Shown here: positions 43,809 to 58,106 of the stretch, piece after piece | Layout of the letters: each line of letters opens with the position of its first letter | How positions within the stretch are numbered: position 1 is the first letter of the stretch | Source: the human T2T-CHM13v2.0 reference genome, Homo sapiens | Assembly (NCBI RefSeq): GCF_009914755.1 | Contig: NC_060929.1 | DNA length: 64,000 nt | Strand: one strand, 5' to 3' | Notes under the pieces: model-generated | What the model was told of the DNA's origin: nothing | Database searches by the model: none | Seen by the model: the letters and a program-made list of their open reading frames with translations, nothing else | Translations under genes and position numbers: made by a program

Positions 43809-44110
43809 TGCTATGGTTTGAATATGTGTCACCTTCAAAACTCCTTGAAATTTAATACCCAATATGGCAGTACTGAGAGGTGAAGACTTTATGAGTTGAC
43901 TGGCTCATGAGGGCTCTGCCTTTATGAACTGATTTATCCATTCATGGATTAATTGGTTGATGTATAAATGATTTATAATCGGAGAGAACTGGTAGCTTTA
44001 TAAACAGAGAAAGAAGAACTTGGTCTTCCACATGAGCATGTTCAGCTCCCTCACCATGTGATACCCTGCACCACCTCAGGGCTTTCCAGATCTTTATTTC
44101 AATTACCATT
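43809..44110 (+). mobile_element. MaLR LTR fragment (MSTC/MSTD-like)
   Basis: TGCTATGGTTTGAATATGTGTC...CATGAGGGCTCTGCC...CACCATGTGATACCCTGCACCACCTCAGGG. Confidence 0.75.
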
Positions 44111-44119
44111 CTCCAATTA

Positions 44120-45110
44120 CAGAATCCAAGCCTCCTTGAAGAAATGAATAATTTTAGACTGATAGGAACTATTCAAGATGAGCCAGGAGCATATTGTGGT
44201 AACAGGAAATAAGAAAAAATTTACCCACAATAATGAGGACAAAGGGACACAGGGGCTAATTGGAAGAGATCCCAATAGCCAAAGATGAAACAATCTGAGC
44301 AACAGAATTAATAAAGTAGTACTGGATTATAACCCAAATTATAAAATAAATATATCCAAGTGTCCATACTGATACAAAAAGGATTGTATAAATCAATAAA
44401 TAATGAAAGAGAATAGGTAAATTTCCTGTTCAGGATGATTTCAAATTATTTATGTCATACGTGGCCTTTAAGGAAGTGGAACAATACTCCCCGCTCCTTA
44501 CTTGTGGGCTGTGCATGGTGACTACCTTCCAAAGAGTACAGTATGGAATGGGAGGGAAAGAAAAATTAACTTTACAATGGAGATGTCTGACAAACCCTAA
44601 CTCAAGTTAGATGATTAAGGTCAACATCAACAGCAATAAGATATATTCATAGCATGCACTCTCAATATGATGTGATGAGAATGGTACTTTAAGTCTCGTT
44701 TTTCTTCCCAAAACAATTACTCCGATCTAATCTTGAGAAAAGCATCAGACAAATCCCAATTGAGGGACGTTCTACAAGATACCTTAACCAGTGCTCCTTA
44801 AAACTGTCAAATTAATCAAGAAGAAGGAAATTCCAAGAAACTTTAATGATTAAAAGTAGCCAAAGAAGACATTACTACTGAATGTCAGGTGGTATTATGT
44901 ATCAGATTCTGAACAGAAAAAGGACATTGGGTAAAGACTGGAAAAATCTCAATGAAAAATGCACTTTATTAAGTACTTTAACAGTTGGTTCATTAGTTTT
45001 GACCAACATACCATAGCAATGAAAGATGTTTACATTGGAATTATCTGTATGATCTTTGCAATAATTATGTAAATATAAAGCCCCTGTAATAAAAAGGAAG
45101 TAAAAGTTTA
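44120..45110 (+). mobile_element. L1MC-like 3' region
   Basis: GGATTATAACCCAAA...TCAGACAAATCCCAATTGAGGGAC...GAACAGAAAAAGGACATT; homologous to 52690-53686. Confidence 0.75.
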
Positions 45111-46025
45111 ACCGTAAAAAGGGAACCATATATCTACATCAATATCTTCATCTCTCGCTCTCTGTCTCTATAACTATTTTTAATTTAAAAATTATTTTGA
45201 ATCATCTGGGGATTTTTTTCAACATACTGGTGATTGGATTTCAACTCCACTCAATTATATGAGAAAATATAGTGTAGGTTTTTGGCATTGGCATCAAATT
45301 TTTTTAAAGCTTTCCAGGAGATAGTAATGTGTACTCAGTATTATGAACAATTGAATTAGATGAACTGAATGATTACTCCTAAAGAAATAGAAAACCTGAG
45401 TATTTTAATAACCACAAAATACAGGGAATCAAACACAAGTGGCTTTATTTGTGAAGCCTAACAAATATTCAAATAACAGGTAATGCCTAGATTGTTTAAA
45501 CTTCTCTAAAACAGCGAATACTTTTTGAAAAAGTTTTATTATTCTTTCTAAGAAGTGAGCATAACCTGATATCCAAAGTCATCTAGGGGATCACAAAAAT
45601 GACTCCAATAACAACAACATTATAGACCAATCTCACTCATGGACAGAGATGACACACTATGTTAAAGAAATATTACATCAAGAAAAAATAGTTTTTATCT
45701 CAGAAATGATCTTATGGTTTAACACAAGGATATTCAGTGATGTGATTCACTGTACTAATAGTTTAACCCACATAAGTCCAGGGAGGAACATATTCCAGTC
45801 TTTGTATAAAACCTTAGTCATATTACCAAATTAACTGTAAGGTATTTAAAACCTCCTCTGAATTCACAAAACATATGTCGACTTCACAAATCCCATCTTT
45901 GTGCATAATAACACTTCAAAAAATTCTTTTTAAATGTTTCTTCTACATATTCATCAAATCTCCAGAAACTGACTCAAAGACTTTTCCTCCTACAAATTTA
46001 TCCCCAAACCTGGCCTATACATATA

Positions 46026-46474
46026 CAGTTCACTACTTAACACAGGTTTGAGCTAGGCAAGCCCATTTATAGGTGGATTTTCTTCTGCCTCTGCCACCCA
46101 AGATAGTAAAAGTAACCCCTTCTCTTCCTTCTCCTCTTCATCCTACTCAACATAAAAATGATGAGGATGAAGACCTTGATGATGATCCATTTATTATGAT
46201 GATCTATTTATTATGATGAATAGTAAATATATTTTCTCTTCCTTATTAATTTTTAAATATTTTATATTCTTTAGCTAACTTAATTGTAAGAATACAGTAT
46301 CTAATATATACAGCATACAAAATATGTTTTAATCAACTATTTGTATTATTGTTAAGGCTTCCAGCCAACAGTAGGCTACTATTGTCAAGATTCTGCAGAG
46401 TCAAAAATTATATGCAGATTTTTGACAGAGCAGGGGTTGGTACCCCTAATCTCCACATTGTTCAAGATCAACTG
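46026..46474. mobile_element. Tigger2a/MER28-like Tc1-mariner-superfamily element
   Basis: TA|CAGTT...GTTCAAGATCAACTG|TA termini; GATGAGGATGAAGACCTT...GATGATCCA body. Confidence 0.85.
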
Positions 46475-47178
46475 TATACTTTCATTTCTTATCCCATCTA
46501 ACTTCAATACTCTCTTTCTTTTTCCCCTTCATTCAAACATTAATTCTCTGCACTTTCTAAAGCAGGCCCTGTTAGATTCATAGCTTTTCCTAATCTGCTT
46601 TTTTCTTAGAATAACCCATACAAAAGGCTAAGGGGCCAATGAGACAACACAGAATCATTTTAACAAGAAAGAAGAGTGGAAGAAATGGAAAGCTTCAAAA
46701 TGGAACTTCAAAATTTTCCTTAATTGGTGAGCAGGAAGTTAAAGAAGTTAATTAATTTGAGTTAATATGTTTCACTCAGCCATAATAGATTAATGGGTTA
46801 TAACCTCATGGTTATTTTGATAAAGTTAAAAAAATTCACTTACCAAAATTCAAATATTTCCTAATAAATATATCTTAGCTGTAAATGAGGAACATTTCTT
46901 AAAGTCAGCATATTATTAAGGAATCATTTCAAAAGTTAGCAGAAAGGATGAAATCCTTCATTAATTATTTTGGAAAAATTGTCTCTTTGGGGTAAAAAAG
47001 GGGGATAATATAGAATATTTCATATTATACTCACAAATATACTTTGGTTGGGTTAATACTAAAAAATGTATTTAGAATATGTATAATAATAAAATATAAT
47101 AAATTATAATAACAGAGTAGTCATGATAAAATGTAGTAAAACTAAATAAAATAGATAAAAATGTGAAAAGCAATTCCA

Positions 47179-47486
47179 GTCAGGTGCGGTGGCTCATTCC
47201 AGAAATTCCAGAAATTTGGGAAGTCAAGGGAGGAGGATTGTTTGAGCCCAGGAGTTAGAGACCAGCCTGGGCAAATGGTGACATCCCGTCTCTACAAAAA
47301 ATTAAAAAATAGGAAAGCAGGGCATGGGGACACATGCCTGTGGTCCCAGCTACTAGGGAGGCTGAGGTGGGAGAATCACTTGAGCCTGCAGAGCAAGGTT
47401 GCAGTGAGCCATAATCATGCCAGTGCACTTCAGCCTAGGTGACAGAGAGATACCCTGTCATTTAAAAAAAAAAAAAAAAAAAGAAA
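47179..47486 (+). mobile_element. Alu (AluJ-type)
   Basis: GAGGATTG..TGAGCCCAGGAGTT; A-tail; TSD GAAAAGCAWTTCCA. Confidence 0.92.
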
Positions 47487-47868
47487 GAAAAGCATTTCCA
47501 TTATTTCCCAGTGTGTAAAACCCGCTTACAGAACATAAAATCTTTAATGCCCTAAGAAAAAATAGGCAGATTTAAATCAACAATAATGAGGATCAAAATA
47601 ATGACAGATATTGTAAATGCAATTAAGAAACAAGCAACAAATTAGGAGAAAATAGTTGCATCATATAAAATATATATCTGGAACATTCCTATAAATTAGA
47701 TTTACGAAGGCAAACAACAGAGTAGAAAAATGTGCAAAGAATAGGAACAAAAAAATAAATCCAAGCAATTAGTAACTCTAAGAAGAAATTTCTCAGCCTC
47801 CCAGAAATAACAAAAATGCAAACAGAAATACAAATAATTAGGGTATGTCCTTTTGTTTATTAACAAGA

Positions 47869-48214
47869 TAATATGGTTTGGCTCTATGTCCCCCCAACAA
47901 ATTTCATCTCAAATTGTAATCACCATGTGTTAAGGGCGGTGGGACGTGGATCATGGTAATGGGTGCCCCCATGTTGTTCTCATGGTGGTGAGGGAGTTCT
48001 CAGGAGTTCTGATGGTTTAAGTGGCAGTTTCCCCTGTGCTTTCTCTCTCCTGCTGCCTGTGAAGAAGTTGCTTGTCTCTCCTTCACCTTCTGCTGTGATT
48101 GTAAGTTTCCTGAGGCCTTCCCAGCTATGTGGAACTGTGAGATAATTAAGTCTCTATTCTTTATAAATTACACGGTCTCAGGTATTTACAGTAGTGTGAA
48201 AATGGACTAATACA
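47869..48214 (+). mobile_element. MaLR solo LTR (THE1D/MSTA-like)
   Basis: ATATGGTTTGGCTCTATGTCCCC...GGACTAATACA; TSD CAAGA. Confidence 0.85.
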
Positions 48215-48410
48215 CAAGACAAAACTAAAACTGAATTGGCAAAGCAAACAGGCAGCCTTATCAAAGAAGCAATTTGGTGTTATTTGCCTAAGTCTAAAAA
48301 TAAGATCAAATAGTCTTTGACCCAGTAAATCAATTTCTAGGCATTTTTTGTACATGTGTAGAAACATATATATATATTTTATATATATAATTTTAATAAA
48401 AATTGGAGAT

Positions 48411-48762
48411 AAATATGGTTTGGCTGTGTCCCCATTCAAATCTCAACTTGAATTGTACCTCCCAGAATTCCCACATTTATGGGAGGGACCCAGGGGGAGG
48501 TAATTGAATCATGGGGGCTGGTCTTTCCCATGCTATTCTTATGATAGGGAATAAGTCTCACAAGATCTGATGGGTTCATCAGGGGTTTCTGCTTTTGCTT
48601 TTTCCTCATTATCTCTTGCTGCCATCATGTAAGAAGTACCTTTTGCCTTCTGCCATGATTCTGAGGCCTCCCCAGCCATATAGAACTCTAAGTCCAATTA
48701 AACCTCTTTTTTTCCCAGTTTCAGGTATGTCTTTATCATCAGTGTGAAAATGAACTAATATA
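48411..48762 (+). mobile_element. THE1 solo LTR (THE1A-like)
   Basis: ATATGGTTTGGCTGTGTCCCCATTCAAATCTCAACTTGAATTGTA...CCCAGAATTCCCACA...GAACTAATATA. Confidence 0.87.
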
Positions 48763-49344
48763 GAAACAATACAAATTTCTGTAAATTTTTAGCAAGGTAA
48801 ATTGCCATCTAACTACAGGCTACATTTTGCAGCCTTCCTTAGGCCTGAAGGTGATCCTATACCAATTCTGGGCAATCATATGTGAATAGCAATGATTTTT
48901 GCAATTTCTGGGCAGTAGGAATATCAAACAGAAGCTGTTAGTTTTTCATTTCTTCTATTATTTCTGCCCCATTATATGGGCCGTATCAAAACATGGTGGA
49001 GAGGAATCAGCTCCTCTTGTGGAGATGACAAAAACGAAACAAAACATGTTAGTGGATGGATGGAATCTAGGTCACCAAATTATACTTTCCATTTGACTTA
49101 AGCCCCTATTATTTGGTTCCAGATAAAGAGGTTGAAATAATATCTCAACCAATGTAGTAGTAAATGCACACACATTGAGCCTGTGACTCTGAAATATGAA
49201 AACACTGTTATAGACACTTTTATCAGAATTCACATACAGGTTTACATTCAAAACCAAAAAACTGACATGCTGACATCTCCAAAATTCTTAAAGATACAAA
49301 TCTCAAGCAGTTTAGATTTCATCTTAGTTGCATCTTTTTTACTA

Positions 49345-49587
<243 letters not shown>

Positions 49588-50144
49588 CTAAAGATGTCAA
49601 GAGTAAACAAATATTAAGAGAGATATTAATCATATCTGGAAGAAAAACATGCTGAAATTTAAAATATATACAGCATAACATTGTAATTTAAATTTAGATA
49701 CAAAAATTCATAAATTCTAGTAATGCGCATCATATTACAGTCAGGATTATGTTTTATTTTTATGTTGAAATTTTTGTATTCCCAGCACCTAGTGTAGTAT
49801 AGGAATGTATTAAATATTCGATAAATGTTAATTCAATATATGAAAGTCTCAACTTTTTTAACTTCCCATTTCTTTACTACTGTGTATATGAAACTAAAAC
49901 TTCTAAAATGTGAATACATTCTATTCTTCCTTTTATCTTTTATTTACGAAGAAAGAAAGCCATATCACTTCCTATTAGCTATGCCATTCCTGCTTCTGTG
50001 CTCCTTTTTGTCTGGGCCCAGCTACCAGACAAAAACATTTTGATGTTTTTTTTTTTGTTAGTGTCATTCACATTAGAGTGAGGACAATGGATAGTACAGA
50101 AAAAGGTTACACAAAGGAAACTCTAATCTAAAAGTATAAATTCA

Positions 50145-50439
50145 TCAGGTGCAGTGGCTCATGGCTGTAATTCCAGCACTTTGGGAGGCCAAGGCGGGTG
50201 GATCACGAGGTCAGGAGTTCAAGACCAGCCTGGTCAAGATAGTGAAACCCTGTCTCTACTAAAAATACAAAAATTAGCTGGGTGTGCTGGTGGGTGCCTG
50301 TAATCCCAGCTACTCGGGAGGCTGAGGCAGAGAATTGCTTGAACCCAGGAGGCGGAGATTGCAGTGAGCCAAGATCATACCACTGCACTCCATCTTGGAC
50401 AACACAGTGAGACTCTGTCTCAAAAAGATTAAAAAAATA
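50145..50439 (+). mobile_element. Alu (AluS-type)
   Basis: Dimeric; TSD AAAAKTATAAATTCA. Confidence 0.93.
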
Positions 50440-51406
50440 AAATTATAAATTCAACTGGTGTCTGGGCTAGAATCAGAAATCATTCTTTCTAAAGACTCCT
50501 GGGATTCCCCTGCAAGTGATGGGCTAGAGAGAGGACATATTTGCCTTTTCCTGACTTGTTTGTTTTATTCCAGGATCAGGCCAATTCTCAAATAGGAGAT
50601 CTGTATGTTTGATTTCATTCTGTGGATTCTGATCAAGGTTAGACATATTTTTATCCCTCTGGATGAAAATAGAAATATGGAACCAAACATTTTTAATCAT
50701 GCAAATCACTTATGTGACACAGAAGAGACAGTGGAAATTTACATTTTTGCCACAAAGCCAATTCTCAGAAATTTCCTTACCAATTAGTTACCCCAAAAAA
50801 GGTTGGGACTGCATTTGTGATTTTGTGTAAGAGTCACAGAAATTGGTCATGTCTGCTAAGAGGTGAAAAGAAGGCAGAAGGAATCATAGGTATTAACAGA
50901 GTCTGAGAACTCTATCTTCTGCCTTGGGGAAATGTGCTATACCGACCCATCAATTCCAAGACTGAGAAAGAAGGTTTCTATGATCTTACTTCATAAAATA
51001 ACCTAATGCCATCCAGGATAGATAAAGAATTCCAGGTGATAACAGAAGGCACAACATTTTGAATCTATCTTGGAAGAGAAGGTGTTTCATCCTGAACAAT
51101 ATTTTATGAGTTTAGCAAAGCACAACAATGTCTGTAATAGTGGAGCTTCATGGAAGATGAGAAAATATTTACAAATAAGCAACAATAATCAGAAAGTGAA
51201 CCTAGCAGCAAAGACAAGAGAAAGATATTACATGTGGTACTTGGTGCATCATTATTCAAGTCAAAATACACACTTGAGTCCACGATTGGCTGTATCTAGG
51301 GAAATTTGTGATAATTTTAGCTGATGCATGGAGTGTGGGTCTATAACAATGTTCAGCAAGTAGTAAGTACTGAATCAATATGCATGCATATAAAGGAAGC
51401 CATTCG

Positions 51407-51637
51407 AAGGAAGAAATGAAGGAGGGGAGGAAGGAAAGAAAGAAGGGAGGAAGGGAGGGAGCAGGTGGGAAGGAAAGAAGGAAGGGATAAAAGAAGAAAC
51501 AGAAGAAGGGAGGGAGGAAGAAAGGAAGGAAGGAAGGAAGGAGGGAAAGAAGGAATGAAGGAAGCAAGGAAAGAAGGAAAGGAGGGAGGGAGGAAGGAAG
51601 GAAGGGAAGGAGGGAGGGAGGAAGGAAGGAAGGAAGG
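51407..51637. repeat. Complex (GGAA/GGGA/GAAA)n polypurine tract
   Basis: About 230 bp of almost pure A/G on the + strand. Confidence 0.95.
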
Positions 51638-52689
51638 TGGAGTCTCAGTTGTAAAAAAGTACTCATAAAGACTAATTTTCTCGTTGGGAGATGGTTACTT
51701 AAAACTCTTAGCTTTCTCAAGCAAATGGCTTGAGAGACAAGTCTTCTGTATTAAAAAATTTGTTTTTACTATTTCAAATATTTCTATACAAAAACAACAG
51801 GAAGATAAAAGGTGACGTGGAGTTAAAAGAAGACAGAGTTATGTCATGAAAATAGCTAGATGAGTTGATTGAGAGTTAATTATTTCACATGTAAAATGAC
51901 AGAATAATACTGTGTAGGAAATTGAAAATAAGTCAGATTGTAGAGAAAATAAGAGTTTTCATATAAAAATAATAGAGAATCCCTTCATCTTTGTACCTTG
52001 ATTTGAACTATGCAAATGTTTCACTTCATGGATCTCTCATTTTTTATTTTAGAAAATAGTTGGAATTATATTTGATAAGCAATTAACCTGATCTTTAGTC
52101 ATATGAATAACTTGTTAATGATACATTGCATATCCAGGTGTTTCTGTTAGAACTCCCTTTATTATAACACTACTGGAATAATTTCATATTATTGTTTGAA
52201 GAAATCTATTAATGTTTTCTTCCTTCATGCAACTTTTACTTCCCAGGAGTATTACCTGATTAAAACTGTAAATTCTAACAGATATGATAGAAAAAATGGT
52301 AATGAGACAGAATCTTCTTGGATTCTAAAAACCTTTCATTCTCCCATGAAAACTGCTTGTTCTGAGGATGTCTAGTATAGTAGAAACAATCATGTAAGTA
52401 TAGAATGAAGCAAAACTTTAAAAAAATATTTTTAATCAATCACCTTTCCTTAGGGCACATTGAGGCAAATAAAACACACTGTTACTATCTCTAATGTCAA
52501 TTCAAATTACTTATGGCACTTGTTATAATTAGCTCTTTTTATCAAAATATCAGGATTGAGTTAGGAGTATTATCTATGTGCATTAAATTGAGGAAAGGTT
52601 GCTTGCTAAGGAAGGCAAACACATGGTCCTGACCTTAGTAATAAGTTGCTCCAGATTATTAAGTTTATGTTGGCACTTTAAAAAATGCA

Positions 52690-53686
52690 ATTATTTCTTT
52701 CCTGGAACATTTTGTAGTACAAGAAAGTATGTACATGGTAAAAACAAATGAAAAAACAAACAGAAAGACCAATCCCCAAAATGAAACAGAACAAGAACCC
52801 CACAGTAATGAAGGTATTTCAAAGGGACACAGGGGCCAACTGAAAGAGTTACCAACGGTCAAACAAAGCTGGAAAAATTTGAGTAACAACAATAAAAAGT
52901 ATTGGATTAAACCCAAAGTATAAAATAAATAACCAAGATCACATACAAATCTAAATGATTGGTTAAACTACTAAAAAGTGAGGGATAATACATAAGCTTT
53001 CTGTTTAAATTCCAAATAATTTCAAATAATTCATATAAGCACTCCTGCCTCAAAAAGTTGGAGAATAATTACCAAACCCTTAAGGATGGGCTGAGCATTG
53101 AGCATGGGGACTTCCTTCAAAGAATACAATAAGGAAAAGAGGGGAAAAGTAGTAACTTTCCAATAGAGAAACATGAAAAACTCCACCTCAAGTCAGGCAA
53201 TCAATGTTAACATCAACAGTGCTAAATCATGTTGGTAGCATGTACTCTTGGTTTGATGTAATCAGAAGAGCATTTTACTTTTGTGGCATTCCTACACCAA
53301 ACCCATAATCCCATTTTAATCATGACAAAACCATCAGCAAACCCAAATTCAGGAAAGTTCTGCAAAATATTTGGCCAGTTCTAAAGATGATCAAGGTAAT
53401 CAAAAACAAGGAAATTTGGAAGAAACTGTCCCAGACAAGGGGAGACTAAGGAGACATGACAAGTGACCATAATGTGGTATCCTGGATGGGATCCTAGGAT
53501 AGAAAAAGAACTTTAAAGAAAACTAAGGGAATCTGAGTAATGTTCGGACTTAATAATAATGTATCAATATGGAGTCATAACTGTAGTTATTACAAATGTA
53601 GCATACTAATGTAAGGTATTAAAAACGGGGGAAATTGGATGTGATGTACATGGGAATTCTCCATACTATTTCTGAAACTTTTTTGC
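52690..53686 (+). mobile_element. L1MC-like 3' region (resumes briefly after the MST LTR)
   Basis: GGGACACAGGGGCCAACTGAAAGAG...GGATTAAACCCAAAGTATAAAATAAAT...AATGTGGTATCCTGGATGGGATCCT. Confidence 0.75.
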
Positions 53687-54096
53687 TGATATAGTTTGGA
53701 TGCTTGGCACTTCATGTCTCATGCTGGAATTTGACCCAATGTTGGAGGTGGTGCATGGGAGGAGGTGTTTCAGTCATGGGGGAGAAGAACCCACATGAAT
53801 GATTTGGTGCTGTCCTTGAGTTAATGAGTGAGTTCTCACTCTATTAGTTTTCATGAGATCTGATTGCTAAAAGGTGTCTGGCACCTACTTTCTCTCTCAT
53901 GTCCTCTCTCATCATGTGACATGCAGGCTCCCCTTCCCCTTCCACCATGATTGAATATTTCCTGAGGTCCTCACTAGAAACAGATGCTGGTGCCATGCAT
54001 CTTGTACAGGCTGCTGAATCGTGAGACAAATAAATTTCTTTATAAATAACTCAGTCTCAGGTATTCCTTTATAGCAATGAAAAATGAATTAAGAAA
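53687..54096 (+). mobile_element. MaLR solo LTR (MSTB-like)
   Basis: TGATATAGTTTGGATG...CAGATGCTGGTGCCATGC...CTCAGGTATTCCTTTATAGCAA; TSD-like TTTGC / TCTGC. Confidence 0.85.
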
Positions 54097-54448
54097 TCTG
54101 CAAATATAAAATTATTCTGAAAAAGCTTATTAAAGATGTAATTACTGCTCTTCATAGTTAAGAAAATAAATATGATTTTGTCATAGCATGTAAAGCATAT
54201 TTTCTTTAAGTTAACTCTTTTAAAAGTTACTTTTAAAAAGATCTCCTAGTAAATGCTTGAAAACAATTATATCATAGTACAGTCTGGGGTTAAGCAGCAG
54301 GCCTGGAATGTGTCTGTTTATATTGTTGTGGAGTTAATAACTGTGGTCTGTCATAAGAAGACAAATTGTATATATATCATGCATTTTCAATTTCAGATAT
54401 ATGTTTCTATCAAGTTTTTATTTACAAATAAAAATCTATAATTATTTC

Positions 54449-56930
54449 TGTATTCTGTTCCATTGTTCTATGAGTCTGTTCTTGTACCAGTACCATGCTG
54501 TTTTGGTTACTGTAGCCCTGCAGTAGAGTTTGAAGTTGTGTAGCATGATGCCTCCAGCTTTGTTCTTTTTTCTTAGGATTGTCTTGGCTATTTGGGCTAG
54601 TTTTTGGTTCCATATGAATTTTAAAACAGTTTTTTCTAGTTCTGTGAAGAATGTCAGCGGTAGTTTAATGGGAATAGCATTGAATCTATAAATTGCTTTG
54701 GGCAGTATGGCCATTTTAACAATATTGATTCTTCTTATCCATGAGTATGGAATGTTTTTCCATTTGTTTGTATCATCTCTGATTTCTTTGAGTAGTGGTT
54801 TGTACTATCCTTTTAGAGATCCTTCACTTTTCTTGTCAGCTGTATTCCTAGTTATTTGATTCCTTTTGTGGCAATTGTGAATGGAATGTCTTCTGAGATT
54901 TATCCCTCAGCTTGACTGTTGTTGGTGTACAGGAATGCTGACACAATTTTTGTACATTGATTTTGTATCCTGAGACTTTACTGAAGTTGCTTATCAGCTG
55001 AGGAAGCTTTAGGCTGTCATAATGGGGTTTTCTAGACATGGGATCCTGTCATTCGCAAACAGGGATAGCTTGACTTCCTCTTTTCTTATTTGGATGCCCT
55101 TTATTTACTTCTCTTTCCTAACTGCTATGGCCAGAACTTCCAATACTATGTTGAATAGGAGTGGTGAGAGAAGATACCCTAGTCTGGTGCTGGTTTTAAA
55201 AGGGAATACTTCAGCTTTTGCCTATTCAGTATGATGTTAGCCGTGGGTTTGTCATATATGGCTCTTATTATTTTGAGGTATGTTCCTTCAATACCTAATT
55301 TATTAACAGTTTTGAACATGAAGTGATGTTGAATTTTATCAAAAGCCTTTCCTGCATCTATTGAGATAATCATGAGGTTTTGTCTTTAGTTCTGTTTATG
55401 TGATGAATCACATTTATTGATTTGTGTATGTTGAACCGACCTTACATCCAGGGGATGAAGCCTACTTGAGTTTTGGTGGATAAGCTTTTTGATGTGCTGC
55501 TGGATTCTGTTTGCCAGCATTTTGTTGAGGATATTTGCATCAATGTTCATCAAGGATATTGGGCTGAAGTTTTCTTTTTTTGTTGTTTCTTTGCCAGGTT
55601 TGGTATCAGGATGATGCTTCCCTCATAGAATAAGTTAGGGAGGACTCCCTCCTTTTCGACTTTTTGGAAAATTTTCAGTAGGAATGCTACTGGCTCTTCT
55701 TTGTATATCTGGTAGAATTCAGCTGTGAATCCATCTGGTCTTGGGCTTTTTTTGGTTGGTAGGCTATTTATTACTGCCTCAAGACTAAATGTAAAACCTA
55801 AAACTATAAAAACCCTGGAAGATAACCAATACCATTCAGGACATAAACACGAGCAAAGATTTTATAATGAAGACCCCAAAAGCAACTGCAACAAATCAGA
55901 AATTGACAAACGGGAACTAATTAAACTAAAGAGCTTCTACACACCAAAATAAACTATCAACAGAGTAAACAGACAACCTGTGGAATGGCAGAAAATTTTG
56001 TAAACTGTGTATCTGACAAATGCCTAATATCCAGCATCTATAGTAACTTAAACAAATTTACAAAAAAAAATACAAACAACCCCATTAAAAAGTGGGCAAA
56101 GGACATGAACAGACACTTCTCAAAAGAAGACATACATGTGGCCAACAAGCATATGATAAAGAGATCAACATCACTGATCATTAAAGACATGTAAATCAAA
56201 ACCACAATGATATACCATCTCACATCAGTCACAATGGTTATTATTAAAAAGTCAAAAAATAACAGATGCTGGTGATGTTGTGGATAAAAAGGAACGTTTA
56301 TACACCCTTGATGGGAGCATAAATTAGTTCAGACATTGTGGAAGACAGTGTAGTGATTCCTTAAAGACCTAGAGACAGAAATACCATTCAACCCAGCAAT
56401 CCCATTACCAGGTATAAACCCAAAGGAATATAAATTGTTCTATTATAAAGACATGCATGCATATGTTCATTGCAGCACAATTCAAAAGAGTAAAGACATG
56501 GAATCAACCCAAATGCTCATCAATGAATGACTGGATAAAGAACATGTGGTAAATATATAGCATGGAATACTATGCAGCCATAAAAAAGAATGAGATCATG
56601 TCTTTTGCAGGGACATGGATGGAACTGGAGGCTATCATCCCTAGCAAATTAATTCAGGAATAGAAAACCAAAAGCCTCATGTTCTCACTTACAAGTGGTT
56701 GCTAACTGATGAGAACACATGGACATACAGAGAGGAACAACACATACTGGGGCCTATCGGAGGGTGGAAGGAGGGATAGAACCAAGAAAAGTAGCTAATG
56801 GATACTAGGTTTAATGCCTGAGTGATGAAATAATCTGTACAACAAACCCCCATTATCTCCATGTTCATCTATTTAACAAACGTGCACATCCTGCACATGC
56901 ACCCTTGAACTTAAAATGAAAGTTAAAAAA
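54449..56930 (+). mobile_element. Older L1PA with 5' inversion (54449-55780 on minus, 55781-56930 on plus)
   Basis: ORF2 RT-region peptides on minus ([33 protein letters not shown]), then the ORF2 end and 3' UTR on plus. Flanked by the TSD AAAAATCTATAATTATTTC at 54430 and 56926. Confidence 0.93.
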
Positions 56931-58017
56931 TCTATAATTATTTCAAAGTTAGAAATATATATTCATTTATTAAACACACCAAAAGTGAGGGAGAAACAAA
57001 AATGTTGTTCCAAAGAAATTCTCTCTCCAAGGAATATTATTACATAATTTATATAGCATCAATATGGTTTTTATTTTAAAAGATCTCAAGTTGCCCACTA
57101 GCAAAAGGGTGGATTTCAAATGTTACTATTTAAAATACACTGGTTCAATTTCTTCTTACTTTTGCAATCAGCTTATATTAGAAAATTTGTTTAAACATCT
57201 TAGAAGGGAATTGATAATTTTTGCTAATATTTTATTTTGTTAAAATAAGTCATAAGAAATATTTGGCATAAACACCCATGCAGAAATGACATAATTTTTA
57301 AGTTAAATGATATTAAGTTCTCTGGAGTGGACTTGTTGCTTTAGTGTTGATAATTATGGCATAAGTGTTATGATCCATGGAGGATATGTTGCCCATAAAA
57401 GGAACAGTTCGATATAAAAGTGTTGACTGAAGAAATGCCAAGAATGTGATTTCAGTAATATTCTTTGCATAAGGTTTCTCATTGAAAATGCATGAGACCT
57501 GCAGCTTTATTTATTCCTCTGAGGAAAACTTCAGACAGAGCAGTAATTGCAGAGGAAGAGTACACTGGTCGCCTTGGAACCTGGAGGGAATTTTCACCCT
57601 CAAAGTTCATCAACAGCTTTCTCAAATTTCTAGCTGTGGGCTAAACACTGGGAAGCCAAGTAAATAAGCTCAGATGCTATGGGAAATGCTGCAAACTATT
57701 TCCTCAAATATTTCAAGTAAGAAAAAATCTTTGTTGTCAAGAAGAGTCCACGTTGGAACCCAAGGTGTACATATATTTGTATTCATTAAGAAGGTGTCTT
57801 AAAAGATGACATGAGATAGAAATGTTTATGTCAGATGTTTCTGGGATCCACCTTTCAACCAAATGGAATGGTTGTTTCAGTCTTCTAAAACATTCAAGCA
57901 CACACTTGGGTGAAGATTTTTCTTATGCAATGCCCTCTTGAGGATGCTTCTCATTTGGCAAACGGTAACCCTGCTAAAGGGTAGTGCTAAGATTTTAAAT
58001 TGAATTTTATATATTAT

Positions 58018-58057
58018 ATACAAGAATGAAACAGCATAATACAAGAATGAAACAGCA
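58018..58057. repeat. 19 bp direct duplication (period 21)
   Basis: ATACAAGAATGAAACAGCA twice. Confidence 0.9.
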
Positions 58058-58106
58058 ATAAAGAATCTTGTTATTTGTTCTTTGGTTGACACGATGTCTA
58101 TTTATT

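Noticed and set aside
51256-51720. 154 aa Pro/Ser/Phe/Leu-rich ORF
   Set aside because: Translation of the GGAA low-complexity tract.
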